From IMG/VR virus record IMGVR_UViG_3300020122_000503, positions 1 through 64,000 of that record: a DNA stretch of 64,000 bases. The stretch is one strand, 5' to 3'. The DNA is from a virus. The translations under genes and the position numbers were made by a program. How positions within the stretch are numbered: the first letter of the stretch is position 1; every line of letters begins with the position of its first letter. Positions 39,197-48,460 of the stretch are shown here, piece after piece. Under the pieces are notes generated by a model, which was not told where the DNA came from, did no database searches, and saw only the letters and a list, made by a program, of their open reading frames with translations.

Positions 39197-39588
39197 AACC
39201 GCTCGCTTGGGCAATGATCGCCGGAGCGGCGACGGCGATCGGACTCAGTCTCGTCACACGAAAAGCAAAGGCGCAAACAATGCCGGCACCTGGATTCGAT
39301 CCGACGAAAACCTACGGAGAGACCACACTAGTCCCCCTCGCGGTCCCGAGCGGCTGGCGCCGTGCGACGGGCACAGAGGTCGCGACGCTCCCCGAGCTAG
39401 GCGTCGCTGCGAACGCGCTCCGCAACACGCCAGGCTTCACGAGCATGCAATACGGCACGCTCTCGTCGTTCGTAGCGAGCGACGGAAACACGTACGCAAC
39501 CTGGGTCGAGCAGCACTACCACGATCCTGGCGGCTCGATTAAGCCGTGGGGCTACCACCACGGCGTCACAATCTTGGCGGCGACGTGA
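39193..39588 (+). CDS. membrane-anchored hypothetical protein
   Basis: N-terminal TM; paralog of 8482..8889. Confidence 0.6.
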   Translation: MKPLAWAMIAGAATAIGLSLVTRKAKAQTMPAPGFDPTKTYGETTLVPLAVPSGWRRATGTEVATLPELGVAANALRNTPGFTSMQYGTLSSFVASDGNTYATWVEQHYHDPGGSIKPWGYHHGVTILAAT

Positions 39589-39821
39589 AACGTTATTTCA
39601 TTTGGTGGGTGGAGCGCCCGGGTCAGCCGAACGGCGGACAGTGGTACGGTTGGCGTTATCTCACCGACTACGAAGCGTTTCAAGAGCAGCTCTCGATCAA
39701 CACATCGACCCCTGACGTCTCGAAGCTCTACCGCTGGATTTGGGACGGCTCCGAATGGCAGTACGACGCTCGGCCCGACGGAGATCTAGTGACGAGCGGC
39801 GTACATTTCGCTTGGCTTTAA
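39585..39821 (+). CDS. Trp/Tyr-rich small protein
   Basis: GTG start in a GTGA overlap. Confidence 0.55.
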   Translation: MKRYFIWWVERPGQPNGGQWYGWRYLTDYEAFQEQLSINTSTPDVSKLYRWIWDGSEWQYDARPDGDLVTSGVHFAWL

Positions 39822-39877
39822 TGCGGAATTCACAGCACATTTCAACCGACTCCGGAATGGTGATACGCTCTTAGCCC

Positions 39878-41509
39878 ATGGACGTCGGCTTGGGCGGTAG
39901 CCCCACACGGAGGTTCGGTCCGTACCCGGGCACTCTCGGCTTCGTCGGCGCCCCCGCAGTGAAGTACGTGGGCGACAAGCTCTGGCCGAACCAGAGCCTT
40001 CACATCAACGAAGGTCTCAAATCTCGGAACGGTCGCGTCCGAGTCGTTCTTCAAAGCGACGGCAACTGCGTCCTCTATGGCGACAACCAACCGCTCTGGT
40101 GGACCGGCGCGCGCCCTGACGTAAAAATCGCCACGATGCAAGGGGACGGTAACTTCGTCCTCAACCCTGGCGCCGTGTGGGCTTCCGATACATCGGGCCA
40201 CCCTGGCGGCTACCTCTTCTTGCAAGACGACGCGAACCTCGTTCTCTATTGGCGTGTCGGCGGGAGCGCGCTCTGGTCGAGTCAGACTGCCGGCTTCAGT
40301 TACTACGGCGGCCCCGGGAAACCGATCACGCTCGACGACGTGCTAGAGGTTGCGAGCGATGTGGTGTCCGCCGCAGAGGTGGTGGTTTCGTTCGTTCCAG
40401 TCATCGGCACCGGCATCAACGCAGCCATCGCTGCCGGCGTCGCGCTCGCCAAGGGCGCGAACATCGACGACGCCTTCATCGAAGGAGCGAAGAACGCGCT
40501 CCCGGGCGGTCCCGTCGCAGCGCAGGCCCTCGACGCCGGCATCGCCGCAGTCAAAGCAATCGCACAAGGCAAAAGCATCGGCGACATTGGACTCGCCGCA
40601 GCACGCGAGGCAATCCCGAGCGACGTGGGAAAGAAGGCCTTCGACGTGGGCGTCGCACTCGCACACGGTCAGAACGTGCAGCAGGCGATCATCAGCGGCG
40701 CCGCAAGTCTCGCGGCGAACGCGCTTGCGCCCCTCGCGTTGCCAGACTCTTTGCAAAACATCGCCAAATCTCTCCCACCGGAGACGACTCGTGTCGCGAC
40801 GGCGATCTTCAACCGGCCCGAGCTCCAAGGGAAGAGCGTCACGGAAATCGCCGCCGCAACGAAATCGGATCCGGCAACGGTCACGCAAGCCACCCAGGCC
40901 GTCGGATCTGCCTGGCAAGCGCTCGCATCGCTCACTCCCGCGCAGCAGAAAGCGCTCGCCGGCTGGGCTACGCTCTCGAAGCTCTCCCCCGATCAGCAAA
41001 AGGCGCTCGTCGCGCTCGCCAAAAAGAAGCCTCCGACCCTCCACGAGGCGAAGGCCGTGGCCGTGGCAGCCAAACCCAAACCCAAAACCAAGGCGCCGGT
41101 ATTGGTCGCCTCGAACACGCCCAAGAAGCCCACAGGAGCCACCATGAAAGCGTTCGGACCTTACCCGAAGTCAACCGGAGCGGTCAGCGCCCCACCGCCA
41201 CACGGCGGGCACCACGGCGGCGGAGGCCACCACGACGGCGGACACGGCGGAAGGGTCTTCCGTGGCGGCCGGCGCGTCCCCGGCTGGGGTTGGGGCGAGC
41301 AGTGGGCTACCGAGCTCGTCGTCACCGAGACCTGTCAGACGTGGAGCGATCCCGTCTCGATGCCGATTTCGATGCAGACAGCGGCGAAGGTCGCGGTCGG
41401 CGCTTCGGGCGGTCGCCCGACGACGCTCCGGGGCGACGACGGCAGGCTCTACCAACTCGAGCTCGTGAGAGGCGTCATCATCGCGCGTGTGTGCGTCGCG
41501 TCCGCTTGA
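39878..41509 (+). CDS. bulb-type (GNA) mannose-binding lectin domain protein
   Basis: Three QxDxNxVxY-like sites (QSDGNCVLY, QGDGNFVL, QDDANLVLY); Ala-rich helical region. Confidence 0.8.
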   Translation: MDVGLGGSPTRRFGPYPGTLGFVGAPAVKYVGDKLWPNQSLHINEGLKSRNGRVRVVLQSDGNCVLYGDNQPLWWTGARPDVKIATMQGDGNFVLNPGAVWASDTSGHPGGYLFLQDDANLVLYWRVGGSALWSSQTAGFSYYGGPGKPITLDDVLEVASDVVSAAEVVVSFVPVIGTGINAAIAAGVALAKGANIDDAFIEGAKNALPGGPVAAQALDAGIAAVKAIAQGKSIGDIGLAAAREAIPSDVGKKAFDVGVALAHGQNVQQAIISGAASLAANALAPLALPDSLQNIAKSLPPETTRVATAIFNRPELQGKSVTEIAAATKSDPATVTQATQAVGSAWQALASLTPAQQKALAGWATLSKLSPDQQKALVALAKKKPPTLHEAKAVAVAAKPKPKTKAPVLVASNTPKKPTGATMKAFGPYPKSTGAVSAPPPHGGHHGGGGHHDGGHGGRVFRGGRRVPGWGWGEQWATELVVTETCQTWSDPVSMPISMQTAAKVAVGASGGRPTTLRGDDGRLYQLELVRGVIIARVCVASA

Positions 41510-41515
41510 GGACGC

Positions 41516-41689
41516 ATGCTCTACTACGTGTACGGGCTAATCGACGGCGAGTGGCAGCCGATAGACGGAAAATGGCTTGAGCTCGGCGAGTCGCAAATAT
41601 CGACGAGCCTCGCTTACCAAAGAGGCGCCAAAACGGTCGGCATGTACACCTGGAACGGCACTAACATGACGTGGAGCACAGGCATATGA
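41516..41689 (+). CDS. 57 aa aromatic-rich protein (below the ORF-track cutoff)
   Basis: Own translation MLYYVYGLIDGEWQP...MYTWNGTNMTWSTGI*; GAGGA RBS; ATGA-coupled to the next gene. Confidence 0.55.
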   Translation: MLYYVYGLIDGEWQPIDGKWLELGESQISTSLAYQRGAKTVGMYTWNGTNMTWSTGI

Positions 41690-42006
41690 GCCGAAAGAAG
41701 CACCTCCCCGGCTGGTTTCCGTTCGCGCTCGGCGCCGCGGCCGTGACGGCGCTCTTCGCGGGCGCAAGATCGGGCTGGAGGCTCTCGAGCTCGAAACCGG
41801 CACCCACACCGCCTACGCCCCAGACCGGCGTACTCGGCGCCTGGGGGCCCGTCATCACGCGCATGTCGCGTGACATGGATCACGCAGGACGATCTGCGGT
41901 TCACGGCTCAGGCGGTCGACCTCGGAAGGTGCTCGCGCCGGACGGCACTACGTACCTTTTCGCGATCGAAAACGGCACACTAACCGCACGGCCCCAAGTC
42001 GCTTGA
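41686..42006 (+). CDS. membrane protein sharing its C-domain with the lectin protein
   Basis: SGGRP...DGxxY..E..G.IxAR present in both proteins. Confidence 0.6.
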   Translation: MSRKKHLPGWFPFALGAAAVTALFAGARSGWRLSSSKPAPTPPTPQTGVLGAWGPVITRMSRDMDHAGRSAVHGSGGRPRKVLAPDGTTYLFAIENGTLTARPQVA

Positions 42007-42078
42007 ACTGCCAAACGGTGTAGAGCGCGAAGATCGATAAGGCGAGAGCGCCTACGGCTTCTTGGACGCGGCGAACGA

Positions 42079-42456
42079 TCACGAGAAGAGTGCCTTAGCT
42101 AGAAGCTTCTCCAATTCGCCAAGCGCTTCTTCGTGATTTTTTCCGGCCGCTTCCGGGCCGTCGTCTTCAGGATCGTCACTCGAGGCTCGCGCGTGCACCA
42201 TGCCGTCTTCGCCGAGCTCGGTGATGATGAAGCGCACGGTAGGCGGCTTTCCGGCAAGCCAAGCGTCTACGGCTTTGGGGCGTCGAAGTATCTGTAGTTC
42301 TGCGGCGAGCTTTGTGCACCGCACGCACATACACGGCTGGTTTGGACAAATGCGGACCATCTCTCGACGCACGTCCTCATCCGAGTGCGCTCCGGTCCAA
42401 CCGTTTTCCGCGGAATAAAAAGGCGGATCGCTCCAGTCAGTCTTTACTTCTCCCAC
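42079..42456 (-). CDS. hypothetical protein
   Basis: CPNQPCMCVRC; HicB-like C-terminus. Confidence 0.5.
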   Translation of the reverse strand: MGEVKTDWSDPPFYSAENGWTGAHSDEDVRREMVRICPNQPCMCVRCTKLAAELQILRRPKAVDAWLAGKPPTVRFIITELGEDGMVHARASSDDPEDDGPEAAGKNHEEALGELEKLLAKALFS

Positions 42457-42791
42457 GGCAAAATCCCCTTCGCCTTCTCGCGCATCTCCGCCTGACGCTC
42501 CGGCGAGAGCTTCGAAAAGAGGTTCTCGACCTTCTCGTCTGGCGCTGCGCGCTTTCGAAGATCGGCCGTCTGCCAGATGTCTTTGATCTTCGCGCGCTGC
42601 TTCTCGGTGAACTCGAGCGTGTCGTCGTGCTGCTGCCGCACGCTCTTGATGAAGTTCTTCTCCCAGTCAGAAAAGTGAATACCACCTCGCTCGGGCGGCA
42701 CATCGACGAGCTCTTCGAGATCGGCGAGTTGCTTCAACGCTACGGTGTCTTTGCGGAGCTCGAGGACGGTCGGGTGGTTGTCGATGGTCAT
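42444..42791 (-). CDS. hypothetical protein
   Basis: SDWEKNFIKSV...FTEKQ pattern common in phage proteins. Confidence 0.6.
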   Translation of the reverse strand: MTIDNHPTVLELRKDTVALKQLADLEELVDVPPERGGIHFSDWEKNFIKSVRQQHDDTLEFTEKQRAKIKDIWQTADLRKRAAPDEKVENLFSKLSPERQAEMREKAKGILPWEK

Positions 42792-44522
42792 TCTGAAAGC
42801 TCCTCTGAAAGCCGAAGCTCCCCACGCCCTTCGACGAGCTCCAACGTTCGAAGTCTCGACAGGTACGTCGAGAACGTTCCGCTCCTGTGACTGATCCCTG
42901 CGGCTTCTCCGAGTTCTTCGTTCGTTAGCGGTCCTTGTACGTCGGCAAGAACGGCGAGCATGCGACTCGCCCCGCCCTTGAGCTCACGAAGCCAGTACTC
43001 GACCAGGTCTCGCCCTTCTGGGAGCGGGTTCCAGTGTCCGAGCGCCAAGAGCCCCGCATCCGTTATCGACCGCTTCTCTCCAACGTCGACGATCCATCCT
43101 TCTGAGCGCCCACGCGACAGGTACGTCGAGAAAGTACCCGAACGCGACGACAGGCCTGCGCGTACGCCGAGCTGTCGATTGGTGAGACCCTGCGGGCGCT
43201 GCGCGAGCGCGATCATCATCCGACGAAGGCCACCGCCTACGGGCGACGCACCGTTCGTCGTACCGTTCGACTTCTGGTATTCGGTAATCGCCGCCTGAGT
43301 CTTAGGCCCAACAATCACCGGCTTGGCAGGCACGCCTACGACGCGCTGGAACGTAGACACGGCCGAGCTACTTTTGGCTTTCGCCAGCGTCTTCCTCAAG
43401 TCTTCGTTGTGAATTACCTCTTCGTCGACGAGCACGTTGATTGCTGCCTCTTCCGTGGCACGGAACGCACGCTTCAACTCGTCGGACAGACGGCGGCGTA
43501 TGCGTTTCCAATCAACACGCGCCGGCACCTCGTGGATCTTGTTTTTAACGACGATCACTTGTTTGGCTGCGGTCTTCTTCGCTAGCCCCTTCTCGAGCTC
43601 GGCGATCCGCTTTCGAAGTTCCTTCGGGTCTTCAGCCTTCGAGCGCTCGATGGTTGCGGCCATCTCCTTCTCGAGCCCTCTCAGATCAATCGGTCGGAGC
43701 GCCTTCCGTTTGAACTTCTTGTCCCCGACCTTCGGCGTTCGCGACGTGTCGAGGCTCTCGATCGGCAAGATGTGCACGACCTTCGAGACCTTTAGCCACT
43801 GCGGGCTCCACACGTGCGGCGCACCGACCTCGAGCCGAGGAAGAATGTCCTCGAGCTTCTCTTCGGCACCCTTGTCGTTGAGCCAGTACTGAAGCGCCTT
43901 CCGCTCGTGCGGGCCGTTCATCTGAAACGCGAAGACGCACTCGGCTTGGTTGAGCGCCTTCTTCGAGATCTCCTGCGGACGCTGTGAAATGAAGCTCATT
44001 CCGATGCCGTGAGGACGCCCCTGCTTCGCGAGCCGCTGAAAACTCGTGAAGCATTTGCTCTTCGCCTCGTTGCTGGTTTTCGGGGACGAAGTCCTGGCAC
44101 TCCTCGAGCACCAGGTGCACGGCGCTCGGCGAGCTCTTCTTTCGAAAGAAGAACCGCTCTGCAAACGCTGTCGCGAACCGCGTGCGTTCGGCGTCGCGCA
44201 TCTGGCTCACATCGAGCACCACGCTCGTTCGCTTGTCGACGATCACGTCGGCAACGAGAGCGCCGCCCGTAGGCTCGAGAGGGATGTCGCCGTAAAGACC
44301 TCCGAACACAGGGATGTTGAACGCCTTCTTCCCGAGTCGGAGACCCGCCCACGCACACGAGCCGTCGAGGATCACGACCTGCACGTTCGCATGGAGCATC
44401 TGCTCGACGAAACGTTTGCAACCGAAAGTCTTTCCGCTCCCCGTCCGACCGAGCCACGTGATCTTCTGTGTGACGGCATCTAGCGGCAGGTTGAGCTCAC
44501 GGGCGATTCGAAACGATCTCAT
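42788..44522 (-). CDS. HerA/FtsK-like ATPase with C-terminal winged-helix repeats, split by a 1-nt frameshift
   Basis: Walker A GRTGSGKT and Walker B LVLEECQ in one frame; GRPHG and SQRP in the other; extra T in the run at 44039-44042. Confidence 0.75.
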
Positions 44523-44956
44523 GATGCGTCTTTCTTTTCTGTTTGTCTGCGAGCCATCTCTTGAGCAGCCAAGTCGGTGATGGCTCCGAGCGGATCCGCC
44601 AAGAGCCCGAGTATTGTCTTCGTCGCGTCGGGCAAGTCACTCGCATAGAGCTCCCTTCGAAATCGGCGGCGTTCTTCGAGCTCCGTCAGAAGCGCCGTGC
44701 CGCGTGCTATCAGCTTGTCGAAGCGCCGCGCTTGACGAGCCTTCATCCTGGCTTTGCGTACGCGCTTGGCGCGGCTCACGGGACCGCCTTCCAGGTCACG
44801 TACACGTTGCGATCGTCGAAGGTGACGGTCGCACACCGGGAGCTCTTTCTTCAGCGCGCGCCAAAGCTGCTTCGGCTTTGGGTGGTTGATGGTGACCTTC
44901 GGCTGCGTCGCGAGGGCGATGCGGACTTGGGTAGTGAGATCGCGGAGGGAGATCAT
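44519..44956 (-). CDS. basic hypothetical protein
   Basis: ATGA-coupled at both ends. Confidence 0.5.
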   Translation of the reverse strand: MISLRDLTTQVRIALATQPKVTINHPKPKQLWRALKKELPVCDRHLRRSQRVRDLEGGPVSRAKRVRKARMKARQARRFDKLIARGTALLTELEERRRFRRELYASDLPDATKTILGLLADPLGAITDLAAQEMARRQTEKKDAS

Positions 44957-45309
44957 CGAGGCGCCTTTTGCGCATCACGACTCGACTGCGCCACGCGCAC
45001 ATTCAATTCAGCCGCTCTATTGTCGCCACCAGGACTGTCGTCGGGATGCCAAGTCGCCGCTAATCCCCACTTGATGAAAAGATCCTCCAGCGTAAATTCG
45101 CCGTTCTGTCTCACGTGAGCGACATCGACAAGAAATTCGCTCGCCTCACGATCCATTCCCTTGAGTTGATTGACACGCAAGTAATCACGCGCCGTGGACA
45201 ACGGACGACGATGATCCAGAAAACGACCTCGAAGCACAGTCGAGTAAAGACGGAACCAGAGGTGTCGAAAAAACTCCTCTTCCTCCTGAGCGTTGAGACG
45301 TTTTTTCAT
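44953..45309 (-). CDS. hypothetical protein with J-domain-like HPD motif
   Basis: LAATWHPDDSPGGDNRAAELN; ATG at 45309. Confidence 0.5.
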   Translation of the reverse strand: MKKRLNAQEEEEFFRHLWFRLYSTVLRGRFLDHRRPLSTARDYLRVNQLKGMDREASEFLVDVAHVRQNGEFTLEDLFIKWGLAATWHPDDSPGGDNRAAELNVRVAQSSRDAQKAPR

Positions 45310-46415
45310 TTCGGTTCTTCCTTCTTTTTCGCTAACCCTTTCGTCGGATTGTTCTCGAACGGCGTCGCGTGCTCGATGTAGCCGCGCGCCACTTTCTCGC
45401 TCACCCAACCGCCCTGACGCATGATGTCTCGTTGTGCCGTACCTTTCTGAGCGAACGTGGTAGCGGCTCCTCGACGCAAACTGTGGCTGGCGAAACGACG
45501 CACCAAGAGCACACACGACTCGCATTCAGAAATCTCGCGCATCGACTTGTGTCCGTGGTCCGGATTCGCTGCGAGACGTTTGACGAGCCGCGAGACAGTG
45601 CGTTCACTGATCGGAAAAATCAGATCGTCGGGCTTGAACCGGTTGAGCCGAAAGTGCTCTTGGAGCGCCTTCATCGGGCAAACCACCTCGTCCTCCTGCG
45701 CGTAGCTGACCGCGTCGCGCCCCTCTTTGATCTGGTCCGTCTTGCTGCTCGGGAGATAAACCATGATCCCGTTCGAGCGCTCATGATCCTCGACCCAGGA
45801 TCCGTCTTCTTCGACCTTTACGAACCTGACGTGCTCTCGTCGAATGGCGACCAGGTTGGCGCTCCGGAGCGCACAGAACCATCCGACGGTCAGCATCGCT
45901 CGGTTTCGAACGCCCTCGGCATCGGCTCCTAGACGCGCGCAGACGTCGATCAGTACCTTGATTCCGAGCGGCGCCTTCTTGGTTTGCTTCACCCCCACCG
46001 TGTTCCTGATCCCCTTGAGCGTCTGACGCACGACCCGGGCGTTCCGTACGAAATCGAGGCCGGCCTCATCGTGGTAGTGCCCGGCGGCCGAGAGAAAGCG
46101 CGATATGCTCGAAACGCTGTAGCCCTCGGCAGCGAGCCAGCTCAGGTGGGCCGCCACGACCTCCGGTGGCGCAGGGAGGAAAGGGGCCCGGTTGGCCGTC
46201 GCCCAGGCTTGGAAGCGCGCCCAATCGCCTGCGTAGCCCCTCCGGGTGTTGTTGGCCCTGGACTGCCGCTGGAACTCCTGGGAGCGCCGGAGGTCCGCCA
46301 CGAGGCCGGGAGACAGCCCGTCCGGCTGGGCAACGACGAGATCGGCGGTGAACGCCTTCGGTTCGTCATCGTTTTTTCCAGTGTCGCCGTTACCCGCCAC
46401 GGTTTGTCCGATCAT
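45306..46415 (-). CDS. Cre-like tyrosine recombinase
   Basis: N-domain NTRRGYAGDW; catalytic R (ALRSAN), K (SKTDQ), HSLRRG, GGW, Y (RGYIE). Confidence 0.9.
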   Translation of the reverse strand: MIGQTVAGNGDTGKNDDEPKAFTADLVVAQPDGLSPGLVADLRRSQEFQRQSRANNTRRGYAGDWARFQAWATANRAPFLPAPPEVVAAHLSWLAAEGYSVSSISRFLSAAGHYHDEAGLDFVRNARVVRQTLKGIRNTVGVKQTKKAPLGIKVLIDVCARLGADAEGVRNRAMLTVGWFCALRSANLVAIRREHVRFVKVEEDGSWVEDHERSNGIMVYLPSSKTDQIKEGRDAVSYAQEDEVVCPMKALQEHFRLNRFKPDDLIFPISERTVSRLVKRLAANPDHGHKSMREISECESCVLLVRRFASHSLRRGAATTFAQKGTAQRDIMRQGGWVSEKVARGYIEHATPFENNPTKGLAKKKEEPK

Positions 46416-46433
46416 AAACCATTATCGGACAAA
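46403..46433. promoter_or_regulatory. lox/dif-like palindromic recombination site
   Basis: TTTGTCCGATCAT-AAACC-ATTATCGGACAAA (12/13 arm match) overlaps the recombinase start. Confidence 0.65.
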
Positions 46434-46496
46434 GCCTGCGCCGTCCAGAGCTTCGTATTCGAGCTGCAATCGCACTACGCCCGCGGCCCCATGCCC

Positions 46497-46556
46497 GGCT
46501 TTTCGGGTGGCTCTGATCCGGCTCTGGTGCGGCTTTTCGGGTGGCTTTCCGGGTGG
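46497..46556. repeat. short direct repeats GGCTTT(T/C)CGGGTGG
   Basis: Copies at 46497, 46531 and 46543, plus two GGCTCTG variants. Confidence 0.55.
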
Positions 46557-46595
46557 ACGTGTTACTCGACCACGATCGGGCGTACTCTCTGGGGC

Positions 46596-48134
46596 ATGTC
46601 GGATCAGCTAATTCTCGCGTGGACCGTCGACGTCGCAGGCAGCTCTTTCGGGCCAATTGAAGCGGCAACCGCGCTCGCAGCCGTTCCGCTCTACGTCGAT
46701 GCGACGACGGACCCCGTTCTAGGTCAGTACTTCGGGCTCACCGTCGAGAACGATGCGACGACGAACGACACGACGAGCGCGACGCGCACGCTGACCCTCA
46801 ACATGACGAGCGCGAACAGGCCCGAGGCGCCACCCCCGTTCCCCTGTCATCCGATCACGTCGACCCCGCCGACGCTCCCGTATCCGCTCCGTGCGAGAAA
46901 GGCGCTTCCCGGATCGTTCTTCGTGCAGACGGGCTCGGCGATTGTCGCGACGTCGGCAACGCAGCTTCCGTCACTGGTCGATGACGACGAGCTCGTCACT
47001 ATCCAGTTTCTTTCACAAGTAGGTGTGCCCTACGAAGCCGAAATCGTTGCGAGCGCGACGCAAATAGAAATCGATCCCCCGTTCACCGGCACGTCGGGGG
47101 AGACGGGTGCGTTCAAAGAATTCGCCGCGCCGTGTCCTCTCAACCGCGCGGCCGCCTACTCGAGCTCCGAGCTCGACACCGCCGGAGTTGCAACGATACC
47201 GCCGATCCCAGCGGGAGCGGGCGCACGAACAGTCGAGCTCACCTACAACGACTCGGCGGGGAACGGCCCCTTCACCGCGACCGCAACGCTCACGGGCAAA
47301 CGCCCCGCTCTCTTCAACTTCGGAGAGTCGTTCGGCTTGGACATCGCTGAGATCGTGAACCTCGTCGTCACGAGCACCGGTGGGTTCAACAACAGCATCG
47401 GGGAAATTACAGTCGTCGAACTATCGGACGCGCTCCCCGTTCTTCCACCGAACCTCCCGCTCGGAACGGGCGTCGGCGCCGCCGAGACGACGCGCGGCAA
47501 AGTCGGCGCCGTGCCCCCGCGTACGTTCAAGACGATGACCGACGACGCGCAGCTTCTCATCCTACGGCATCTCGCATACCTGCCGCCGAGCTTCTTTGCA
47601 CTCGCACAGCAGCAAGTATCAGCCCCTCAGCTCGAGGGCGATTTCATTGTCACGACCAAGTCCGTCGAGGTGTTCACGACGGTCGATCAGACAGGAGTTC
47701 TCAGCGAGGGCGACTTCATCGAGTTCGCGATACAGCCCGGCACGCTCTACCAGATCGCGGAGCTCACCGATCGGATCCTCACGCTCACGAGCGAGTTTTT
47801 GGGCATCGACACCAACAACACGGGGCTACTCAACACGCCGATGAACAACAGCGCTCAAACGAAGGGCAACATCGGAACGATCATCAACAGCCAGCCGACG
47901 GGCGCGCGGTCGCCGGCAATCGCAGGAACCCCGAGCAACGATCAACTCTCGGGACCGCTTGGAGGGTTCGTGGCGCCTGGAGTTGCTGAGCCGCCACCGA
48001 ACCCGCCACTCGCTCCGGCGACAATGACGCCGCCAACCACTGCTCCGGCATTCCTCTCGGACCTATTCACGCGAACGATTCAGCTCGCGCTCGCCGGGGT
48101 GCCAATCAAGGCGCAACCGATCACGTTCGCATGA
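46596..48134 (+). CDS. beta-rich putative structural protein
   Basis: ATG at 46596 (MSDQLILAW); internal duplication GSFFV...IQF / GDFIV...IEF. Confidence 0.65.
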   Translation: MSDQLILAWTVDVAGSSFGPIEAATALAAVPLYVDATTDPVLGQYFGLTVENDATTNDTTSATRTLTLNMTSANRPEAPPPFPCHPITSTPPTLPYPLRARKALPGSFFVQTGSAIVATSATQLPSLVDDDELVTIQFLSQVGVPYEAEIVASATQIEIDPPFTGTSGETGAFKEFAAPCPLNRAAAYSSSELDTAGVATIPPIPAGAGARTVELTYNDSAGNGPFTATATLTGKRPALFNFGESFGLDIAEIVNLVVTSTGGFNNSIGEITVVELSDALPVLPPNLPLGTGVGAAETTRGKVGAVPPRTFKTMTDDAQLLILRHLAYLPPSFFALAQQQVSAPQLEGDFIVTTKSVEVFTTVDQTGVLSEGDFIEFAIQPGTLYQIAELTDRILTLTSEFLGIDTNNTGLLNTPMNNSAQTKGNIGTIINSQPTGARSPAIAGTPSNDQLSGPLGGFVAPGVAEPPPNPPLAPATMTPPTTAPAFLSDLFTRTIQLALAGVPIKAQPITFA

Positions 48135-48218
48135 AAGAGCGACTCAGCCGGATGCTCGAAGCGGCGCACCGTATGCGCTTCGACGCGCCGCCTAGAGAGT
48201 TCTGGGCCGCGCTCGACG

Positions 48219-48443
48219 CTAATTCACTCCGGGCGGGGTCGGCTTCACAAGCGGCACGAGCTCGCGCGTCTTCTTGTAAGTGTCACGAGCAAGTAGAACG
48301 AACTCGTCCTCGGTAGCTCTCCGTTCGGTGTGCATGACGCAAAAAGCGTCGGCTAGCGCGACCGCGGACGTGAGCAAAACTTTCGCTCGAACGGGCGCAC
48401 CTAGATCTTGGAATTCATCTAAGAGTTCTAGGACGCGCTTCAT
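48219..48443 (-). CDS. hypothetical protein
   Basis: MKRVLELL... part of ORF 48219..48527. Confidence 0.5.
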   Translation of the reverse strand: MKRVLELLDEFQDLGAPVRAKVLLTSAVALADAFCVMHTERRATEDEFVLLARDTYKKTRELVPLVKPTPPGVN

Positions 48444-48460
48444 GTAATCGTCTTCTCGTT

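Noticed and set aside
42788-44522. HerA-like ATPase as the genome-packaging ATPase
   Set aside because: It lies outside the structural operon, has winged-helix extensions and is frameshifted. Not excluded, but unsupported.
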